36,739 nucleotides of DNA from IMG/VR virus record IMGVR_UViG_3300020171_000079, one strand, 5' to 3'. The notes under the pieces were generated by a model, which did not search any database, was not told where the DNA came from, and saw nothing but the letters and a program-made list of their open reading frames with translations. The stretch's first letter is position 1; the number at the start of each line of letters is the position of its first letter. The position numbers and the translations under genes were made by a program. Origin of the DNA: a virus (Duplodnaviria; Caudoviricetes). Shown here in pieces: positions 34,607 through 36,739 of this stretch.

Positions 34607-34978
34607 TCACTCTTTTTTCTTTGTTGCGGCCTTGACCATGTCCGCGAATGTGAAGTTGCCTTCGAATTCTTTCTTGTCTTTCCAGCCCATGTTTTTGAGA
34701 GCAAAGATGTCTCCGCCGGCCCGCCCGGGGTCTTCAGACATATGCTTCTCATATCCATTTTCCACGAAGGCGTAAGCCCATGTTATAATTTCGTGATACT
34801 TATTTGTATTTTTGTCGCGCCATGATCGTATGGTGGTAGAGCTGACGCCGGCCGCGAGGGCCAGTCCTGATATCAGGGCGTGTTTTTTATTGGTGGTGCA
34901 TTCCTCGAAGTAGGCGATGAACCTATTTTCAAGTTCGCGCGCCGATTTGACGGGTTTCTTTCTTTTATCAATAGCCAT
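34607..34978 (-). CDS. terS: Terminase small subunit
   Basis: AYFEEC...ISGLALAAGVS HTH, IFALKNMGWKD motif; directly upstream of terL. Confidence 0.85.
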   Translation of the reverse strand: MAIDKRKKPVKSARELENRFIAYFEECTTNKKHALISGLALAAGVSSTTIRSWRDKNTNKYHEIITWAYAFVENGYEKHMSEDPGRAGGDIFALKNMGWKDKKEFEGNFTFADMVKAATKKKE

Positions 34979-34983
34979 AATCC

Positions 34984-35012
34984 CTTATAACAGTTCAGCA
35001 TAATCCTGTCAA
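34984..35012 (-). promoter_or_regulatory. sigma70-like promoter of terS (TTGACA-N17-TATAAG with TG extension)
   Basis: Near-consensus; the -10 ends 5 nt before the ATG. Confidence 0.6.
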
Positions 35013-35018
35013 GTACTT

Positions 35019-35327
35019 TCATACAACCTCAATCGTTATCGGGTATAATGCTTCCGTCTGTTTGCGCTTAAGTTTTCCCATAGGCACATCCAATCCCTTG
35101 ACTTCTATAAAATGCACCGTGCCGTCTGCGTGAAACTCAACGAAGTCAACTCGATATTTGACATTCCCCGGAAGGTCTATCGGGACTTGTCGCAGAAAAA
35201 ATATAACTTCTCCCGACGACTTTCTTAATTTCAAATCTGAATAATACTTGGCTTCTTTTTTACTTCCAAATTTTATGCCGTCGCGCTCCGTTCTTATGGC
35301 GTTGAATTTGTGTCTGTTAAATCTCAT
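35019..35327 (-). CDS. DUF1064-like PD-(D/E)XK endonuclease
   Basis: HKFNA.RT..DGIKFGSKKEA.YY..L, YRVDF, IEVKG motifs. Confidence 0.85.
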   Translation of the reverse strand: MRFNRHKFNAIRTERDGIKFGSKKEAKYYSDLKLRKSSGEVIFFLRQVPIDLPGNVKYRVDFVEFHADGTVHFIEVKGLDVPMGKLKRKQTEALYPITIEVV

Positions 35328-35493
35328 TTGTTCTCCTTCTTCCTCAGCTTAAATATCTTCAGCCTCACCGACATACACTTCCCGCGGACGCTACACCGGC
35401 GTTTCGGGGTAAGGCATTGAAGGCTCGCCCGGCATAGCTGGCGACAGGAGCGTATCCTAAACCCTCCGCCGTGAATTAGTTTATCTGATTCTG

Positions 35494-36738
35494 TCAAAAT
35501 AACCTCCCTTGGTCTGCCGCTTTAATTCCTCGCATAATTTCTATTGCCACCTGCGGCACGATTGCATTTCCGAGAGCCTTCAATCTTTCAACCCTGTGTC
35601 CGGCTTTCGTGAGCTTAAATCCGTCCAGTTCAACGGGTAGCCCATCATCCACTCCACAAAGCTCGGTTGCAACTTCAAGCCAGTTTTCATCCCAGGTTCT
35701 GCATTCGCTTCTGATATTGTCGGCATCAGAGATTTCTGTGCTTGCCCTTTCCCCTTTGTCATATTTCCGTGCGTCATTTCCGTGGTCGGAGTCGGGAGCA
35801 TTGCTATCCTGTCCATTAATCCTATTGAATGACTGTTGGCCTTGTCCTTTGTTTTCCTTCTTCCTGTTTCCGTCAATTCCACTTGCTTGTGTTCCACTTC
35901 GTTTACTGTTGGTGTCGGGAGCATCAACGCCTTCTTCACTTCCTCCGCCAGAATCTTCCCGCCCTTGCCGTTCGGTCTGCTGCCCGGATTCCCTGCCTTC
36001 GGAGTCGGCAACATTGCCAACACATCCTTGACTTTTACTCCGAATCTCACTCCCTTTTTGTTCTCTCGGCTGAAACTCCCGTTCTTGAATACCACATTTT
36101 TTACCGGAGAACCCTCCGCTTCGCTTACTCTCGCTGTTGGCAACAATCCACACCCTATCTCTTCTGTGGGGAGCGTTGACGGCGACAGCTGGAATAACAA
36201 ATGTTTGGACGGAATAGCCGACTTGCTCAAGTTCTCTAATAATTCCGTAGAGGATTCCGACTCCTCGCTTACTTCCTGTGTTTGTAACATTTCCGAATAA
36301 ATCGGTTTCACTTGCCATTTCAGACTCACCTTCGTACTGTGCCATTGAGAGGATTCCAGCAACATTTTCGCCAATAATCCAAGTGGGCTTGAACTCTTTA
36401 ATAACGCGCAACATTTCCGGCCATAGGAAGCGGTCATCATCTGTGCCTTTCCGCTTGCCGGCTTGGCTGAACGGCTGACAAGGGAAGCCTCCGGTGAGGA
36501 GGTCAATGCGTTGAAATTTAATATCTCCGGGTTGCTTAACACAAAATTCGTTGCTCCCTTTGCTTTCCAACTCTTGCTTGTCTTTCTCTGTATATGGTCT
36601 GCCGCGTTTGGTGTCGGCAGTAACCCCGTCACTACATTTTTCAGCGTTATTGAGTGTTTGCTGTCCGGCTTCTGCTGTGTTGACTTCCTTTCCCCTTCTT
36701 CGCTGTTCATCGCTTCTGGTGTCGGCAATAACTCGCTC
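35494..36738 (-). CDS. DNA (cytosine-5) methyltransferase, catalytic chain (5' end outside window)
   Basis: Motifs IV GGFPCQPFS, VI GENVAG, VIII PHRRDRVWIV, X RLKALGNAIVPQVA; frame open to the window edge. Confidence 0.9.
   Translation of the reverse strand, partial: ERVIADTRSDEQRRRGKEVNTAEAGQQTLNNAEKCSDGVTADTKRGRPYTEKDKQELESKGSNEFCVKQPGDIKFQRIDLLTGGFPCQPFSQAGKRKGTDDDRFLWPEMLRVIKEFKPTWIIGENVAGILSMAQYEGESEMASETDLFGNVTNTGSKRGVGILYGIIRELEQVGYSVQTFVIPAVAVNAPHRRDRVWIVANSESKRSGGFSGKKCGIQEREFQPREQKGSEIRSKSQGCVGNVADSEGRESGQQTERQGREDSGGGSEEGVDAPDTNSKRSGTQASGIDGNRKKENKGQGQQSFNRINGQDSNAPDSDHGNDARKYDKGERASTEISDADNIRSECRTWDENWLEVATELCGVDDGLPVELDGFKLTKAGHRVERLKALGNAIVPQVAIEIMRGIKAADQGRLF
35580..36737 (-). 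CDS. Overlapping alternative-frame methyltransferase chain carrying LPTP repeats and motif IX
   Basis: About 7 (M/L)LPT(P) repeats and C-terminal LQPSFVEWMMGYPLNWTD (motif IX-like), which the main frame lacks; open to the window edge. Confidence 0.75.
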   Translation of the reverse strand, partial: SELLPTPEAMNSEEGERKSTQQKPDSKHSITLKNVVTGLLPTPNAADHIQRKTSKSWKAKGATNFVLSNPEILNFNALTSSPEASLVSRSAKPASGKAQMMTASYGRKCCALLKSSSPLGLLAKMLLESSQWHSTKVSLKWQVKPIYSEMLQTQEVSEESESSTELLENLSKSAIPSKHLLFQLSPSTLPTEEIGCGLLPTARVSEAEGSPVKNVVFKNGSFSRENKKGVRFGVKVKDVLAMLPTPKAGNPGSRPNGKGGKILAEEVKKALMLPTPTVNEVEHKQVELTETGRRKTKDKANSHSIGLMDRIAMLPTPTTEMTHGNMTKGKGQAQKSLMPTISEANAEPGMKTGLKLQPSFVEWMMGYPLNWTDLSSRKPDTGLKD

Positions 36739-36739
36739 C

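Noticed and set aside
1-36739. Window as a complete circular genome, or use of an alternative genetic code
   Set aside because: The ends do not join (the MTase N-terminal motif I is missing and the ORF at 1-74 is unrelated); genes are intact in the standard code.

Overview
This window is most of a ~37+ kb tailed phage genome with a podovirus-like (P22/N4-type) gene order, and essentially all genes lie on the minus strand. Reading from high to low coordinates: a C5 DNA methyltransferase encoded in two overlapping frames, a DUF1064-like nuclease, small and large terminase, portal, scaffold, N4-gp56-type major capsid, tail/adaptor genes, three ejection-type proteins (the last 2483 aa), fibre and lysis genes, a ~1.2 kb non-coding control region, then small early genes, a Cas4/RecB-like exonuclease, SSB-like protein, RecT and a replication protein. 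The most notable system is the 2483-aa putative ejection protein. It contains an apparently complete sigma70-family factor (regions 2, 3, 4) with altered promoter-reading residues, plus JAB/RadC and Dam-like methyltransferase domains. The genome also carries three identically spaced copies of a non-canonical promoter (CTGGACAA-N13-ACACATAATA, i.e. TGGACA-N17-CATAAT): two in front of early gene clusters and one antisense to the lysis genes. This suggests a virion-delivered sigma factor that launches early transcription (inference). Also seen: a canonical type II hammerhead ribozyme after the first early gene, a dif/XerCD-like site with a second inverted XerD arm, an almost T-free early sense strand, signal peptides on structural-region proteins and on an HNH nuclease, and a tRNA-like RNA. 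All calls come from motif recognition by eye; no searches were run.
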